64,000 nucleotides of DNA from an uncultured bacterium (GTDB lineage: Bacteria; Oederibacteriota; PGYV01; CAWJRG01), in NCBI GenBank assembly GCA_963845185.1, contig CAWJRG010000005.1, forward strand, positions 672,001-736,000. The letters run 5' to 3'. A model generated the notes under the pieces. That model saw only the letters and a program-made list of their open reading frames with translations. It had not been told where the DNA came from and did not search any database. Below are positions 1-10,370 of the stretch, piece by piece. The position numbers were made by a program, and so were the translations under genes. Each line of letters starts with the position of its first letter. Position 1 is the stretch's first letter.

Positions 1-311
1 AGTTCCTTTATTTCCTTATCCAGCGCGTTCATTTTGTACGCGCAATTATTTCCCTGCCTGAGGTAATAGCCAAGCTGGAGATTTCTAAAAAATTTTTGCA
101 GCCACATGCCGTTATTTTCGCCCGCTTTTAACGTATTTATCTTTTGCATTATGAAATTGTTTTGTTTTTTAATGCTGCTGTATTGCATTTCTTTTATTTT
201 CAGGTTTTTGTCCGCGGTATTTGCCTTGCTTATAAAATCGGCCATGTCAGCTGAAAATGCCGAACTTATAATTGCAAACATTATAAAACCCGCGATAAAA
301 AATTTTTTCAT
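1..311 (-). CDS. Hypothetical exported protein, 3' end runs off the window
   Basis: Read manually: ATG at 311 after a GGAG RBS, MKKFFIAGFIMFAIISSAFSADMADF..., open to the window edge; signal-peptide-like N-terminus. Confidence 0.7.
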   Translation of the reverse strand, partial: MKKFFIAGFIMFAIISSAFSADMADFISKANTADKNLKIKEMQYSSIKKQNNFIMQKINTLKAGENNGMWLQKFFRNLQLGYYLRQGNNCAYKMNALDKEIKE

Positions 312-362
312 TATTTCTCCCTTTTGTCTTCTAAAGTATCTTGCTAAAAATCCCTTTCTTGA

Positions 363-1682
363 TTATTTCAGCCCGTATTTTTTTATCTTGCTTATCAGTG
401 TAACCCTGTTTATTTTTAAAAGCTCGGCCGCCTTCTTTGTATTTCCTTTTGTTTTTTCCAGCGCGTCAATTATCATTTTTTTCTCATAATCATCCACTTT
501 CGTGTCCAGGTCCAAAGCCGCACCTTTTTTTATGTCAATGTCGTAAGGTATATCATCAGCGTCTATCTCGTCTTTTGCGCAAACGACCATTATTCTTTGT
601 ATGATGTTTTCCAGTTCCCTGATGTTTCCGGGATAATCGTATTTCTTCAGTATGTCCATTGCTTTTTTTGTTATGCCTTTTATCTTGTAATCGCCGTAAT
701 CCGCGTATTTTTTTATAAAATAATCAACCAGAAGCGGCATGTCTTCCTTTCTCTCGCGTAACGGAGGCACGTTTATGTCCACGACGTTCAAGCGGTAATA
801 CAGTTCCTCCCTGAATGTGCCTTCCCTGACTTTTTCCTTTAAATCCTTGTTTGTTGCTGCTATTATCCTCACGTCTGCTTTTATGGTTTTTTCGCCGCCT
901 ACCCGCTCAAATTCCTTTTCCTGTATGACGCGCAGTATTTTCACCTGCAGGTTGAGCGGTAAATCCGCTATTTCGTCGAGCATTATCGTGCCGCCCTCGG
1001 CCAGTTCAAACCTGCCTTTTTTAAAATATAAAGCATCGGTAAATGCGCCTTTTTCATGGCCGAACAGTTCGGATTCAAGCACGCCCGGCGCGAGAGCCGC
1101 ACAGTTGACTTTTATGAGTGGAAAATTCCGTCTTTCGCTTTTATTGTGTATGTCCTCGGCCACGAGTTCCTTGCCCGTGCCCGACTCTCCTGTTATAAGC
1201 ACGGTCGCGTCAGACTTTGCGATCTTGTCAATCAGGGCGTGGATTTCCTTTAGCCTGCTGCTCTGGCCGACCATTTCCCTTTTTATTGAATTTTTAAGAT
1301 AGGCATTTTCTTCCTTTATGTTTTTGGATTTTAATATTTTATCAACCTGTATCCTGATGTGTTCTATTGAAAACGGCTTTGTGACAAAATCTGCGGCGCC
1401 GCGCTTCATGGCCGCGACTGCCTTGTCCACGGTGCCATAGGCCGTTATAACCATTACCTCGGTATATGGGTCGCGCTCTTTCGCTGCGTCAAGCACAGTG
1501 ATGCCGTCAGCGCCGGGAAGTTTTAAGTCGGTAATCACAAGGTCAAAATTGTTTTCTTTTATTATCTTTGCCGCTTCTTCCGCGGAATCAGTGCCTGTTA
1601 TGGCGCAGTTTTTGGACTCAAGCGCCTCTTTTAAAATTCCCCTCAGTTCGTTGTTGTCTTCGACTATCAGAACCTCATGCAT
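363..1682 (-). CDS. Sigma-54-dependent (NtrC/AtoC-family) response regulator
   Basis: Receiver domain (DLVITDLKLPG), AAA+ Walker A GESGTGKE, ESELFGHEKGAFTDA (GAFTGA variant), C-terminal Fis-type HTH. Confidence 0.95.
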   Translation of the reverse strand: MHEVLIVEDNNELRGILKEALESKNCAITGTDSAEEAAKIIKENNFDLVITDLKLPGADGITVLDAAKERDPYTEVMVITAYGTVDKAVAAMKRGAADFVTKPFSIEHIRIQVDKILKSKNIKEENAYLKNSIKREMVGQSSRLKEIHALIDKIAKSDATVLITGESGTGKELVAEDIHNKSERRNFPLIKVNCAALAPGVLESELFGHEKGAFTDALYFKKGRFELAEGGTIMLDEIADLPLNLQVKILRVIQEKEFERVGGEKTIKADVRIIAATNKDLKEKVREGTFREELYYRLNVVDINVPPLRERKEDMPLLVDYFIKKYADYGDYKIKGITKKAMDILKKYDYPGNIRELENIIQRIMVVCAKDEIDADDIPYDIDIKKGAALDLDTKVDDYEKKMIIDALEKTKGNTKKAAELLKINRVTLISKIKKYGLK

Positions 1683-1859
1683 TTTTTCCTCCGGATGTTC
1701 CTTCCGTTTAGTATGCTTTGTAAATTATTATACAATAAAATAGATATTTTATAAATAGTTGAGTTTATTCGTAAATTTTTGCATTTTCCATTGTTTTGTG
1801 ATATATTAACTTATATAAACTGTTACTTATCTAAAATAGTTTAAATTGGTGGAACAAAA

Positions 1860-3083
1860 ATGCCGTTTAATTACTTCAGCTGGGATTTTTACAGCAATTA
1901 CAGGAGGCAGTCCGGCCCGGGAACCGGCCTGATTTTTATTGTTGTTGGATTACTCTTATTGTTTTCCTCTCTCAACGATTACATGAAATATTCACAACTG
2001 GCCAAAGACGGCAAGGCAACTGTGGCTACTGTGATTTCATATAACCCGACATATTACCACTCCAGAAACGGCACAACCGTCCATTATTGGCATGTGCTTT
2101 CCTATGACAATATGCAGCAGCAGGTGGAATTGCAATACGGCCACGATGCAGGACAAAAAATAAACATCGTCTACCTCCCGAATAAACCGAATGAAGCATG
2201 TGAAGGCAGCGCAGGCATGGATACATGGCAATTGATGGGCACAGGCAAAAACATAACTTTTAAATTTTTTGTGGCCGGCGGCTTTGTTTTAATTATTGTC
2301 GGCGCATTCATATTTTCAAAAACTTACAGCCAGGGGCTGTTCCCGCCTCAGCAGACAAACCCTGCAATAAATATTTTTACAGGCAATACGGCTCCGAATA
2401 CTCCGCCGCCGCCCGGGCATTATGACCTTTCGCCCGGCCCGACCACAGCCGAACTGCCTAAGAACCTTGACCCCGAGCATACTTTCCTTGCCGCGGTGCG
2501 CGCCGAGAACATTGTGGCTGCGTTAAAACTTTTCCGCGAAAAAAACATGGCGGATATGGACGAGGCTGCAAAAATTGTGGATCCTGTTGTTTACAATTCA
2601 AACCGGCTTTCTGACGACGAGATAATCGCGGTTTTTAACACTGCCAAGCTCCCTGATACTTTTTCCGGCCATTATAATGCCGGCGTTCAATCCGGATTTT
2701 CTGCCCCTTTAACAGCCGCAACTGCTTTGTCTTCAACTGCTGCATCGCCTTCACCCGGGAACCTTTCCTCAACTGAATCATCTTCCAAATACCTGGATTT
2801 TGCGTTTGAATTGCGGGTAAAAATCGCAAACAGCAAAGAAACCCGGGCAATATCTCACACCGAACTTACTGCGCAGTTCCCGGAACTCAGCGAAGAACAT
2901 GCCAAAGAAATATATGAACTTGCAAAAGGCCTTGAATTCAATTGCACTGAGGCTGCGGAAAAAATGCAGGATGGGTATTATAATGAAGAAGAGGCGTTTA
3001 AGTTTCTGGAGGAAAACAATCCTGGTTTTTCAAACGAAACTTACAAATCCGCGCTTGAACTGGGGAAATTTTTAATAAAATAA
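1860..3083 (+). CDS. Hypothetical membrane protein (two TM helices around a DUF3592-like OB region, Pro/Ser-rich linkers, helical C-terminus)
   Basis: 407-aa ORF; two hydrophobic segments; GQKINIVYLPNKP motif typical of DUF3592-like proteins. Confidence 0.65.
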   Translation: MPFNYFSWDFYSNYRRQSGPGTGLIFIVVGLLLLFSSLNDYMKYSQLAKDGKATVATVISYNPTYYHSRNGTTVHYWHVLSYDNMQQQVELQYGHDAGQKINIVYLPNKPNEACEGSAGMDTWQLMGTGKNITFKFFVAGGFVLIIVGAFIFSKTYSQGLFPPQQTNPAINIFTGNTAPNTPPPPGHYDLSPGPTTAELPKNLDPEHTFLAAVRAENIVAALKLFREKNMADMDEAAKIVDPVVYNSNRLSDDEIIAVFNTAKLPDTFSGHYNAGVQSGFSAPLTAATALSSTAASPSPGNLSSTESSSKYLDFAFELRVKIANSKETRAISHTELTAQFPELSEEHAKEIYELAKGLEFNCTEAAEKMQDGYYNEEEAFKFLEENNPGFSNETYKSALELGKFLIK

Positions 3084-3102
3084 CCTTTATTCCTTTGTAT
3101 CT

Positions 3103-5817
3103 TTACTTTTCTATCGAAACTATATTTACGCTTGCTTGTTTTAGGCCTTTTGAATTTGCAGTAAGCTTTATTGTTCCGGGTTTGCTTTTTGCCTGCACAA
3201 ATACCATGCACAACCCGTTAAATACCCTGCGCTGCTGCGCTTTATCCGGCTCGTGGCTGCTGGGGTCGCCGTTTCCAACGCCTGCTATTATCCCCGGCCC
3301 TGACACATGAAACTTCACCAGGTTGCTGGCTACCGGTACAATCCTGTTCTTATTGTCCAGTATCTCTACAACCACCGGCATTACATCTTCGCCGTCGAAA
3401 ACCATCCTGTCTTTGTAAGGCACGAGCCTTATTGCCGCAGGCGTACCTGTTGTCTCGACTTTGGTTTCAGCGCTGAAAACCCCTTTTATATAAGCTTTTG
3501 CTTTAAGCTCGCCGGGCGCAAAGCGTACTTTCCATTCGAGATGCCCGTTGCGCGGTGTTTCTATTAATCCCATGGATTCCCCGTTTAAGAAAAGTTCCAC
3601 CTGGTCATAATTAGTGTGGCACCACACGTCTATTTCCTGTCCTTCCCGGCCAGGCCATGTCCAGTGCGGAAAAATATGAAGCACTGGCTTACCGCTCCAC
3701 CACGCCTTATAATAATAGTAATTATCCTTTGGGAACCCGCACGTATCCATTATGCCGAAATGCGAATTAACGCACGGCCAGCCGTACGGTGTGGGCTCTC
3801 CGCGGTAATCAAAGCCTGTCCAGACAAACGCTCCTGCCATGTAAGGTCTCTCTGCTATAGGCCTCCATGCATTTTCCGCCGTGTGCGACCATTCAGTGTG
3901 GTTCACGTCGTACGCGCTAACATATCCTTTGTCCCTGTCTGTCCTGTATATTCCGCGGGTGGAAACTGTGCTTGCCGTCTCGCTGCCGAATACAGGCATA
4001 TACGGGAATTTTTTACGGAATGGCTCATATTGCACTATATTATAATTGAAACCCTGTACGTCTATGACGCCTGTAATACCCCTGCCCCAGTCTCCGTTCA
4101 TGGCTGCTGTTATGGGCCGGGTATGGTCGAGCTTTTTTATGAGTTTCTTGATTGCATTGCCCCTTTTTTGGCCAATATCTGTGCCCTGTTCCTTTTCCTC
4201 GTTGCATATTGACCAGAGTATTATGCTCGGGTGGTTGCGGTCCCGTAAAACCATGCTTTCAACCTGCGACAGGATTTCTTTTGAGTCGCCGAGCCTGCGG
4301 TTCTCGTCTATTACAAGCATTCCCTGTTTGTCGCACTCGTCCAGCAGCTCCGCAGCCGGCGGGTTGTGGCTGCACCTGTAAGCGTTTGAGCCCATTTCTT
4401 TAAGTTTTTCAACACGGTATGTAAAAAGCCTGTCTGGAATGGCAATGCCCACTCCTGCATGGTCCTGGTGATTGCATGTGCCGAGCAGCTTCACCGGCTT
4501 TCCGTTAAGCAGGAACCCTTTATCCGCATCAAATTTTATTGATCGCACGCCGAATGTCGTATTTTCGCAATCAACAATCCTGTTGTTTTTTTCTACGCTT
4601 GTTTTTAATGAATATAGGTGTGGATTTTCCAGCGACCATAGCTTTGGATTATTAATAATACCTTTCATGACAATTTGTTTTTTCCCGTTTGCCGGTGCTT
4701 TACCCTTGCCGGAAATCCCGGCAACTATCTTTCCTTTTGCGTTAAATATTTCAGCGTGAAGTTTGAATTCCTCTGCTTTAGCCGCGTGATTGATAATTTC
4801 CGCCTTTACTGTCAGCCCGGTTTTTTTCTTAATCGGTTTTGTTGCCACAAAAATGCCGCACGGCGCTATATGCAATGGACCTGCTTTGTTGAGCCACACA
4901 TGCCTGTATATACCCCCGCCCTCGTACCACCATCCTTCAGACGCGTGCGCGTCCACCCTCACGCTCAGTACATTCATGCCGCCGTAAATAACCGCGTCTG
5001 TAATGTCAAACCGGAAGCTGGTGTATCCGCTCCAGTGCCTGCCAAGCAGCTTTCCGTTAAGCCATACCCTGCAGTCGCGGAAAACTCCGTCAAAATCAAT
5101 CCATATTCTCTTGCCCCTGTCGTCTTGCGGTATATTGAATGTCCTGCGGTACCAGCCAATGCCTTTTGGCAGAAACCCGTGACAAGGCTCAGGGATTTTT
5201 TTATCAAAAGTTCCTTCCACCACAAAATCATGGGGCAAATGTATTTTACGCCATATTTTGTCGTCAAAATTTATTGCCATAGGCCCATGTTTTGCCCGGC
5301 CTGTTTCATTTGTACCCGCAGGCTTCAGTTCAAGGTTGGCTTCGTCAATAAAGCCCCTGCCCCACCAGTTCTGCACAAGCACAGCTAAGTGGTTCCTGCC
5401 GTTTTTGTTCCATGCCGCGTCAAGCTGCACTTCAAACGGGTCTGTCCAGATTTCGTGATAAGCAAGGAATTTCCCGTTCAGATAAATTGTTGCGGCATCG
5501 CTGACTGACGTAAAAAGAATCACCCTGCCCGGCCCTGATACATCCGGTAAATCGGTTTTGAACCAGGCAAAACCCGCTTGCTTGTTAAAAACGTCCTGAC
5601 CTGGCTTTATTGTTTTCCACCCCTTTACAGGGAAATCCGGTTTAGCTGCCTTTGCGTTTTTCGGTTTTTCCCTGCCGGTATTTTTTACAAGCCATTTTTT
5701 GATTGGAATTATCTGCGGGAATTGCGCAACATCGCCTAAATGAAACTTCCACTCACCGTCAAGCCTGATTCTCTCCCGGTCTGTTTGTTTTATTAATGCT
5801 TTTTTTGGTTTTTCCAT
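3103..5817 (-). CDS. Glycoside hydrolase family 2 (beta-galactosidase-like)
   Basis: WWYEGGGIYRHVWL, GTCNHQDH, RCSHNPP, RDRNHPSIILWSICNE (acid/base), VFGSE, WTGFDYRGEP motifs; ATG at 5817 preferred to the TTG start. Confidence 0.93.
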   Translation of the reverse strand: MEKPKKALIKQTDRERIRLDGEWKFHLGDVAQFPQIIPIKKWLVKNTGREKPKNAKAAKPDFPVKGWKTIKPGQDVFNKQAGFAWFKTDLPDVSGPGRVILFTSVSDAATIYLNGKFLAYHEIWTDPFEVQLDAAWNKNGRNHLAVLVQNWWGRGFIDEANLELKPAGTNETGRAKHGPMAINFDDKIWRKIHLPHDFVVEGTFDKKIPEPCHGFLPKGIGWYRRTFNIPQDDRGKRIWIDFDGVFRDCRVWLNGKLLGRHWSGYTSFRFDITDAVIYGGMNVLSVRVDAHASEGWWYEGGGIYRHVWLNKAGPLHIAPCGIFVATKPIKKKTGLTVKAEIINHAAKAEEFKLHAEIFNAKGKIVAGISGKGKAPANGKKQIVMKGIINNPKLWSLENPHLYSLKTSVEKNNRIVDCENTTFGVRSIKFDADKGFLLNGKPVKLLGTCNHQDHAGVGIAIPDRLFTYRVEKLKEMGSNAYRCSHNPPAAELLDECDKQGMLVIDENRRLGDSKEILSQVESMVLRDRNHPSIILWSICNEEKEQGTDIGQKRGNAIKKLIKKLDHTRPITAAMNGDWGRGITGVIDVQGFNYNIVQYEPFRKKFPYMPVFGSETASTVSTRGIYRTDRDKGYVSAYDVNHTEWSHTAENAWRPIAERPYMAGAFVWTGFDYRGEPTPYGWPCVNSHFGIMDTCGFPKDNYYYYKAWWSGKPVLHIFPHWTWPGREGQEIDVWCHTNYDQVELFLNGESMGLIETPRNGHLEWKVRFAPGELKAKAYIKGVFSAETKVETTGTPAAIRLVPYKDRMVFDGEDVMPVVVEILDNKNRIVPVASNLVKFHVSGPGIIAGVGNGDPSSHEPDKAQQRRVFNGLCMVFVQAKSKPGTIKLTANSKGLKQASVNIVSIEK

Positions 5818-5952
5818 AATGGATAAATTATACAAATATTATAAACAAAAGCAATGTAAAATTATTGCGCAGATGCATGAAGTGTTGGGATTTTTGTGTA
5901 AAGTGATAAAACGCGATTTAAAACAGGTGTATAGCTTTACAATGTGGACAGA

Positions 5953-6324
5953 TCATACCATACCAAGATAAATTTTTATTTCAGACACCAGTTTATTAGG
6001 TTCAAAAGGTTTTGTAATATACCCGTCAGCGCCGGATTTATATCCGTCAACTACGTTCCTGTTCTGCGTTTTCGCAGACAGCATTACCACTATAATTTTT
6101 TTTAATCTCTCATCAGACTTTATTTTTTTGCAGACTGTATATCCGTCCATCTCCGGCATCATTATATCAAGCACGATAAGATCGGGTTTTACTCCGGTTT
6201 CAAGCAACTGTAAACACTCTTTCCCTGATGACGCCTGGACAGTGTTATAGCCCTGAAGGTTCAGCGCCGTACAGGCGATCTTTACAATATCGGCTTCATC
6301 ATCCACTACCATTATTGTCTTCAT
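5953..6324 (-). CDS. Single-domain response regulator (receiver only)
   Basis: VVDDE, DLIVLDIMMPEMDG, YITKPF. Confidence 0.92.
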   Translation of the reverse strand: MKTIMVVDDEADIVKIACTALNLQGYNTVQASSGKECLQLLETGVKPDLIVLDIMMPEMDGYTVCKKIKSDERLKKIIVVMLSAKTQNRNVVDGYKSGADGYITKPFEPNKLVSEIKIYLGMV

Positions 6325-6580
6325 TTTTTAGCCTCTTTAAAAAATTTATTAACAATATTTTGATTCCTTCAACCTTTCACTTTATTTATTTAATTATACC
6401 CCAATTCCTTATTTCTAGCAAATTTTATTATTGCACTATTTCCTGTATAAATTATATACGCAAAAGAAATACAAAATTACGGTAGAAAAAAGTCGATAAA
6501 AGAAAGATTTGTTTTATTGTAATTAATTGATTTATTGCTTAATATTTTGTTGAATAAATTCAAACTATGCGAGGTGCTAC

Positions 6581-7687
6581 ATGGAAAAAATTTCAGGATT
6601 TATCATTGAAACCCTTAAGTATTCATCTTTCGTTTTGTTATTAATACCTGCATTTTTGTATGCCCAGCCAAAATATGAGCTTGCGACTTTTGCAGGCGGC
6701 TGTTTCTGGTGCGTCCAGCCGGAATTTGAAAAACTAACCGGAGTAATAAAAGCAGTGGCAGGTTACGCGAACGGCACAGGCGAAAACCCGACATACGAGG
6801 ATTATGCCGAGAAAGGCTTTGTCGAATCTGTCCATGTGACATATGACCCGTCAAAAATATCATATGAGGAACTGTTGGATGCTCTCTGGCACGACATAGA
6901 CCCTACCGATTCTGGCGGGCAGTTTGTTGACAGGGGCCCACAGTACAGGCCGGCTATTTTTTATCACAATGACTTGCAAAAACAGGCTGCTGAAAAATCC
7001 AAAAAAGCGCTGGCTGCGTCAGGCAGGTATAAAAATCCAATTACAATTGAAATTTCAAAATACATGAATTTTTACGCGGCCGAGGATTATCACCAGGATT
7101 ATTACAAAAAGCATGTTATAAAATATAAATTTTTCAGGGCGAATTCGGGCAGGGACCAGTTCATAAAAAAGATATGGGGCGATGAGACCAAGGCAGTCCC
7201 AACACCCTTAGGAGGAGAAATGAAATATACGATACCAAGCAAGGAAGTGCTCAAGAAAAAGCTTACATCCATGCAGTATAATGTTACACAGCAAGGCGGT
7301 ACAGAACCTGCCTTTAAAAACGAGTACTGGAACAATGAAAAAGAAGGTATTTACGTGGATATAGTTTCCGGCGAGCCTCTTTTCAGCTCGCTTGACAAAT
7401 TCGACTCAGGCACTGGTTGGCCCAGTTTTACAAAGCCGCTTGAACCTGCAAACATAGCGGAAAAAACCGACACCACATTTTTCATGACAAGGACCGAGGT
7501 CACGAGCGTCCATGCCGCTTCGCATCTCGGCCACGTGTTCAACGACGGGCCCGCACCTACAGGCCTTAGGTATTGCATGAATTCCGCGGCAATGCGTTTT
7601 ATACCCAAGGAAGAACTGAAAAAAGAAGGATACGGCCAGTACCTGAAACTGTTTGAAAAAAAATCAGGCTCGACAAAACAGGAATAG
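6581..7687 (+). CDS. msrAB: Bifunctional peptide methionine sulfoxide reductase MsrA/MsrB with N-terminal signal-like segment
   Basis: GGCFWC (MsrA); [24 protein letters not shown] (MsrB). Confidence 0.95.
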   Translation: MEKISGFIIETLKYSSFVLLLIPAFLYAQPKYELATFAGGCFWCVQPEFEKLTGVIKAVAGYANGTGENPTYEDYAEKGFVESVHVTYDPSKISYEELLDALWHDIDPTDSGGQFVDRGPQYRPAIFYHNDLQKQAAEKSKKALAASGRYKNPITIEISKYMNFYAAEDYHQDYYKKHVIKYKFFRANSGRDQFIKKIWGDETKAVPTPLGGEMKYTIPSKEVLKKKLTSMQYNVTQQGGTEPAFKNEYWNNEKEGIYVDIVSGEPLFSSLDKFDSGTGWPSFTKPLEPANIAEKTDTTFFMTRTEVTSVHAASHLGHVFNDGPAPTGLRYCMNSAAMRFIPKEELKKEGYGQYLKLFEKKSGSTKQE

Positions 7688-7695
7688 TATATTAT

Positions 7696-7804
7696 AAAAA
7701 TACCATGGGCTAGGCTTGGTACGCCGGGAATCTCCGTCAAAGTTCCCTCCCCAGGAGCGAAAGCGGAATAAACGGCTGCGAAGGCCGGGCTTCATGGTAT
7801 TTTT
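7696..7804. other. ~110-nt intergenic structured/palindromic element
   Basis: AAAAATACCATG (7696) and CATGGTATTTTT (7793) form a 12-bp inverted repeat; inner hairpins GGGAAT/GTTCCC and GC-GAAA-GC. Confidence 0.5.
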
Positions 7805-7845
7805 TTATTAACATATGAAAGGGGTTGCTTTTAAGCTAAAGCCTT

Positions 7846-8511
7846 ATGAATAAAAATATTATCAAATTCACAGGCCTTATTGTTTTTATAATTGTCTTCT
7901 TTGTTCTTGCAAAAATTTTTAACCTCGGCAACAAGATAACTGAAATGAAAATCTGGATACAAAATCTGGGATTTGCCGGACCTTTTATTTTTATTATTAT
8001 ATATGTTCTGGCAGCCGTATTTGCCGTACCCGGCTCGGCTATGACCATTTTGGCCGGGGTTTTATTCGGGACTTTAACCGGCACAATTGTTGTTAGCATC
8101 GGCTCCACAATTGGTGCAGCCCTTGCTTTTTTGATAGCGCGCTATTTTGCTCGGGGTTTTATCGAAGAAAGGCTCGGTAAAAACGAAAAGTTCGCGGAAC
8201 TTGACAGGCTCGCAAAAGAAAACGGAGAAATGGTCGTAGCCATAACCAGGCTTATTCCCTTGTTTCCATTTAATTTTTTAAATTACGCGTTCGGGATGAC
8301 AGGGGTTAAATTCGGCACTTATGTTTTCTGGTCCTGGCTGTGCATGCTCCCCTTCACAATTGTTTATGTCGCGGGCGCCGACGCGCTGATAACAGGCGTA
8401 AAGGAAGGCAAAATACCATGGCCAGTTATAAGCGCTTTAATCGTCGCGGCCGTAATAATGATTTTTGCAATAAAAAAGGCAGTTTCAAAATTAAAAAACA
8501 AGGGTGAATAA
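7846..8511 (+). CDS. TVP38/TMEM64 (DedA superfamily) membrane protein
   Basis: VPGSAMTILAGVLFG, RLIPLFPFNFLNYAFG motifs; multiple TM helices. Confidence 0.9.
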   Translation: MNKNIIKFTGLIVFIIVFFVLAKIFNLGNKITEMKIWIQNLGFAGPFIFIIIYVLAAVFAVPGSAMTILAGVLFGTLTGTIVVSIGSTIGAALAFLIARYFARGFIEERLGKNEKFAELDRLAKENGEMVVAITRLIPLFPFNFLNYAFGMTGVKFGTYVFWSWLCMLPFTIVYVAGADALITGVKEGKIPWPVISALIVAAVIMIFAIKKAVSKLKNKGE

Positions 8512-10021
8512 AATGAATGGAATTTTTCCTGTAGGCAGGTTTGATAAACAATTGCAAGCTAACGCAGGCCCTGTGGATTATAAAAATCCCGAGCCCAAAG
8601 GCAAATACGACCTTGTGGTTATCGGCGCTGGTACAGCCGGTCTCGTGTCAGCCGCGGTCGCTGCAGCGCTTGGCGCAAAAACAGCACTGATAGAAAAATC
8701 TTTAATGGGTGGTGACTGCCTCAATTACGGCTGTGTTCCTTCAAAAGCAGTCATAGCTCCTTCCCGCGTTATTGCAACAGTAAAGCAAGCCGAAACTTTC
8801 GGCATAAAAGTAAGCGGCGATGTAACGGCGGATTTTGAAAAAATCATGGAAAGGATGCGGGAAAAGCGTGCCGCTATCAGCGTGAATGATTCGGTTAAAA
8901 AGTTCTTTGAACTTGGTGTGGATGTTTTCTTAGGCCAGGGTAAATTCATTGACAAAACAACGCTTGAAGTTGACGGTAAAAAACTTAAGTTTAAAAAAAC
9001 AGTTATTGCAACCGGCGCAAGGGCAACAGTGCCAAATATTGAAAATATTGATAAAACCGGATATTTGACAAACGAGACAATATTTAACCTAGTAAAAAAA
9101 CCGGAAAAACTGCTTGTGCTGGGCGCCGGGCCTTTGGGCTGCGAACTTGCGCAGGCACTCAACAGACTCGGGGTAAAAGTAAGCCTTCTTCACGCCGGCA
9201 CCCATATACTCGACAGGGAAGATTATGATGCAGCCTGGATAATACAGAAAAAATTTGTCTCGGAAGGCATTGAACTTATCCTTAACGCAAAGACAAAAAA
9301 AGCTGATTTGTCCGGCAACAGGAAGCGCGTGATTTTCGAGGCAGACGGCGCGGAAAGGTCAATCGAGGTTGATGAAATACTGGTGGCCGCAGGCAGGTCT
9401 CCAAATGTCGAGGGCATTGGCCTGGAAAATGCAGGCGTAAGGTATGATTTTAACATGGGGATTTATGTTAACGACTATCTGCAAACTTCAAACAAAAATA
9501 TATTCGCGGCCGGGGATATATGTTCCCCTTATAAATTCACTCACCTTGCGGATTTTCTGGCAAGAATAGCGGTCCAAAACGCTCTTTTTTTCATCAGAAA
9601 AAAAGCAAGTGCTCTCACAATTCCGTGGGCCACATACACGTCGCCAGAAATAGCCCATGTCGGCATAAATGAACGCGACGCCCAGGTAAAGGGCATTGCC
9701 ACGCAAACTTTCAAAGTAGAGTTCCGGGACATTGACAGGGCTATTCTGTCAGGCGAAGAACAAGGCTTTGTCAAAATTATAGTAAAAAAAGGCTCTGATA
9801 AAATACTGGGCGCTACAATAGTCTTGGAAAACGCCGGCGAACTCATAAGCGAACTAACGCTTGCCATGGCCAAAAATATCGGACTGGGAAAAATAGCCGG
9901 CGTCATACACCCATATCCGACCATGGCAGAAGCCATAAGAAAAGCAGGCGACATGTGTAACAAAACCAGGCTTACGCCGCTTATAAAAAAAATATTGCAG
10001 TTTATTATAAAAATTTCCTGA
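8504..10021 (+). CDS. Mercuric-reductase-like pyridine nucleotide-disulfide oxidoreductase
   Basis: GAGTAG FAD motif, GGDCLNYGCVPSK redox centre, IHPYPTMAE; no C-terminal CysCys pair. Confidence 0.9.
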   Translation: MNKMNGIFPVGRFDKQLQANAGPVDYKNPEPKGKYDLVVIGAGTAGLVSAAVAAALGAKTALIEKSLMGGDCLNYGCVPSKAVIAPSRVIATVKQAETFGIKVSGDVTADFEKIMERMREKRAAISVNDSVKKFFELGVDVFLGQGKFIDKTTLEVDGKKLKFKKTVIATGARATVPNIENIDKTGYLTNETIFNLVKKPEKLLVLGAGPLGCELAQALNRLGVKVSLLHAGTHILDREDYDAAWIIQKKFVSEGIELILNAKTKKADLSGNRKRVIFEADGAERSIEVDEILVAAGRSPNVEGIGLENAGVRYDFNMGIYVNDYLQTSNKNIFAAGDICSPYKFTHLADFLARIAVQNALFFIRKKASALTIPWATYTSPEIAHVGINERDAQVKGIATQTFKVEFRDIDRAILSGEEQGFVKIIVKKGSDKILGATIVLENAGELISELTLAMAKNIGLGKIAGVIHPYPTMAEAIRKAGDMCNKTRLTPLIKKILQFIIKIS

Positions 10022-10036
10022 GACAGGAGGTTTAAA

Positions 10037-10369
10037 ATGGCTGATTACTATGAAAAGAAAGACCTGGCTGATTTTGGGAACATAGGCGAATTCGCGCCCG
10101 AGCAGGGAAAAAAATTTTTTGAATATTACGGTGTTTCTACTTCAGCGGGTGTTTTAACTGAAAGGGAAAAATCCCTGATTGCCCTATCTGTCGCTACTAC
10201 TCAGAACTGCCCTTATTGCATAGACGCCTATACAACAAAATGCCTGTCAATAGGCGTCACAAAAGAAGAAATGATGGAGGCAGTGCATGTCGGCGCAGCC
10301 ATGATGGCAGGCGTGACACTTGCGCATTCCACTCAGATGAGGAAAATAATAAACAAAAAAGGACTGTAA
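10037..10369 (+). CDS. Arsenosugar-biosynthesis-associated AhpD/CMD-like peroxidase (TIGR04169-like)
   Basis: LTEREKSLIALSV, CPYCIDAY motif; AGGAG RBS; directly upstream of arsS. Confidence 0.88.
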   Translation: MADYYEKKDLADFGNIGEFAPEQGKKFFEYYGVSTSAGVLTEREKSLIALSVATTQNCPYCIDAYTTKCLSIGVTKEEMMEAVHVGAAMMAGVTLAHSTQMRKIINKKGL

Positions 10370-10370
10370 C

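Noticed and set aside
8504..10021. True mercuric reductase merA
   Set aside because: No C-terminal CysCys pair, no N-terminal metal-binding domain, no merR/T/P nearby
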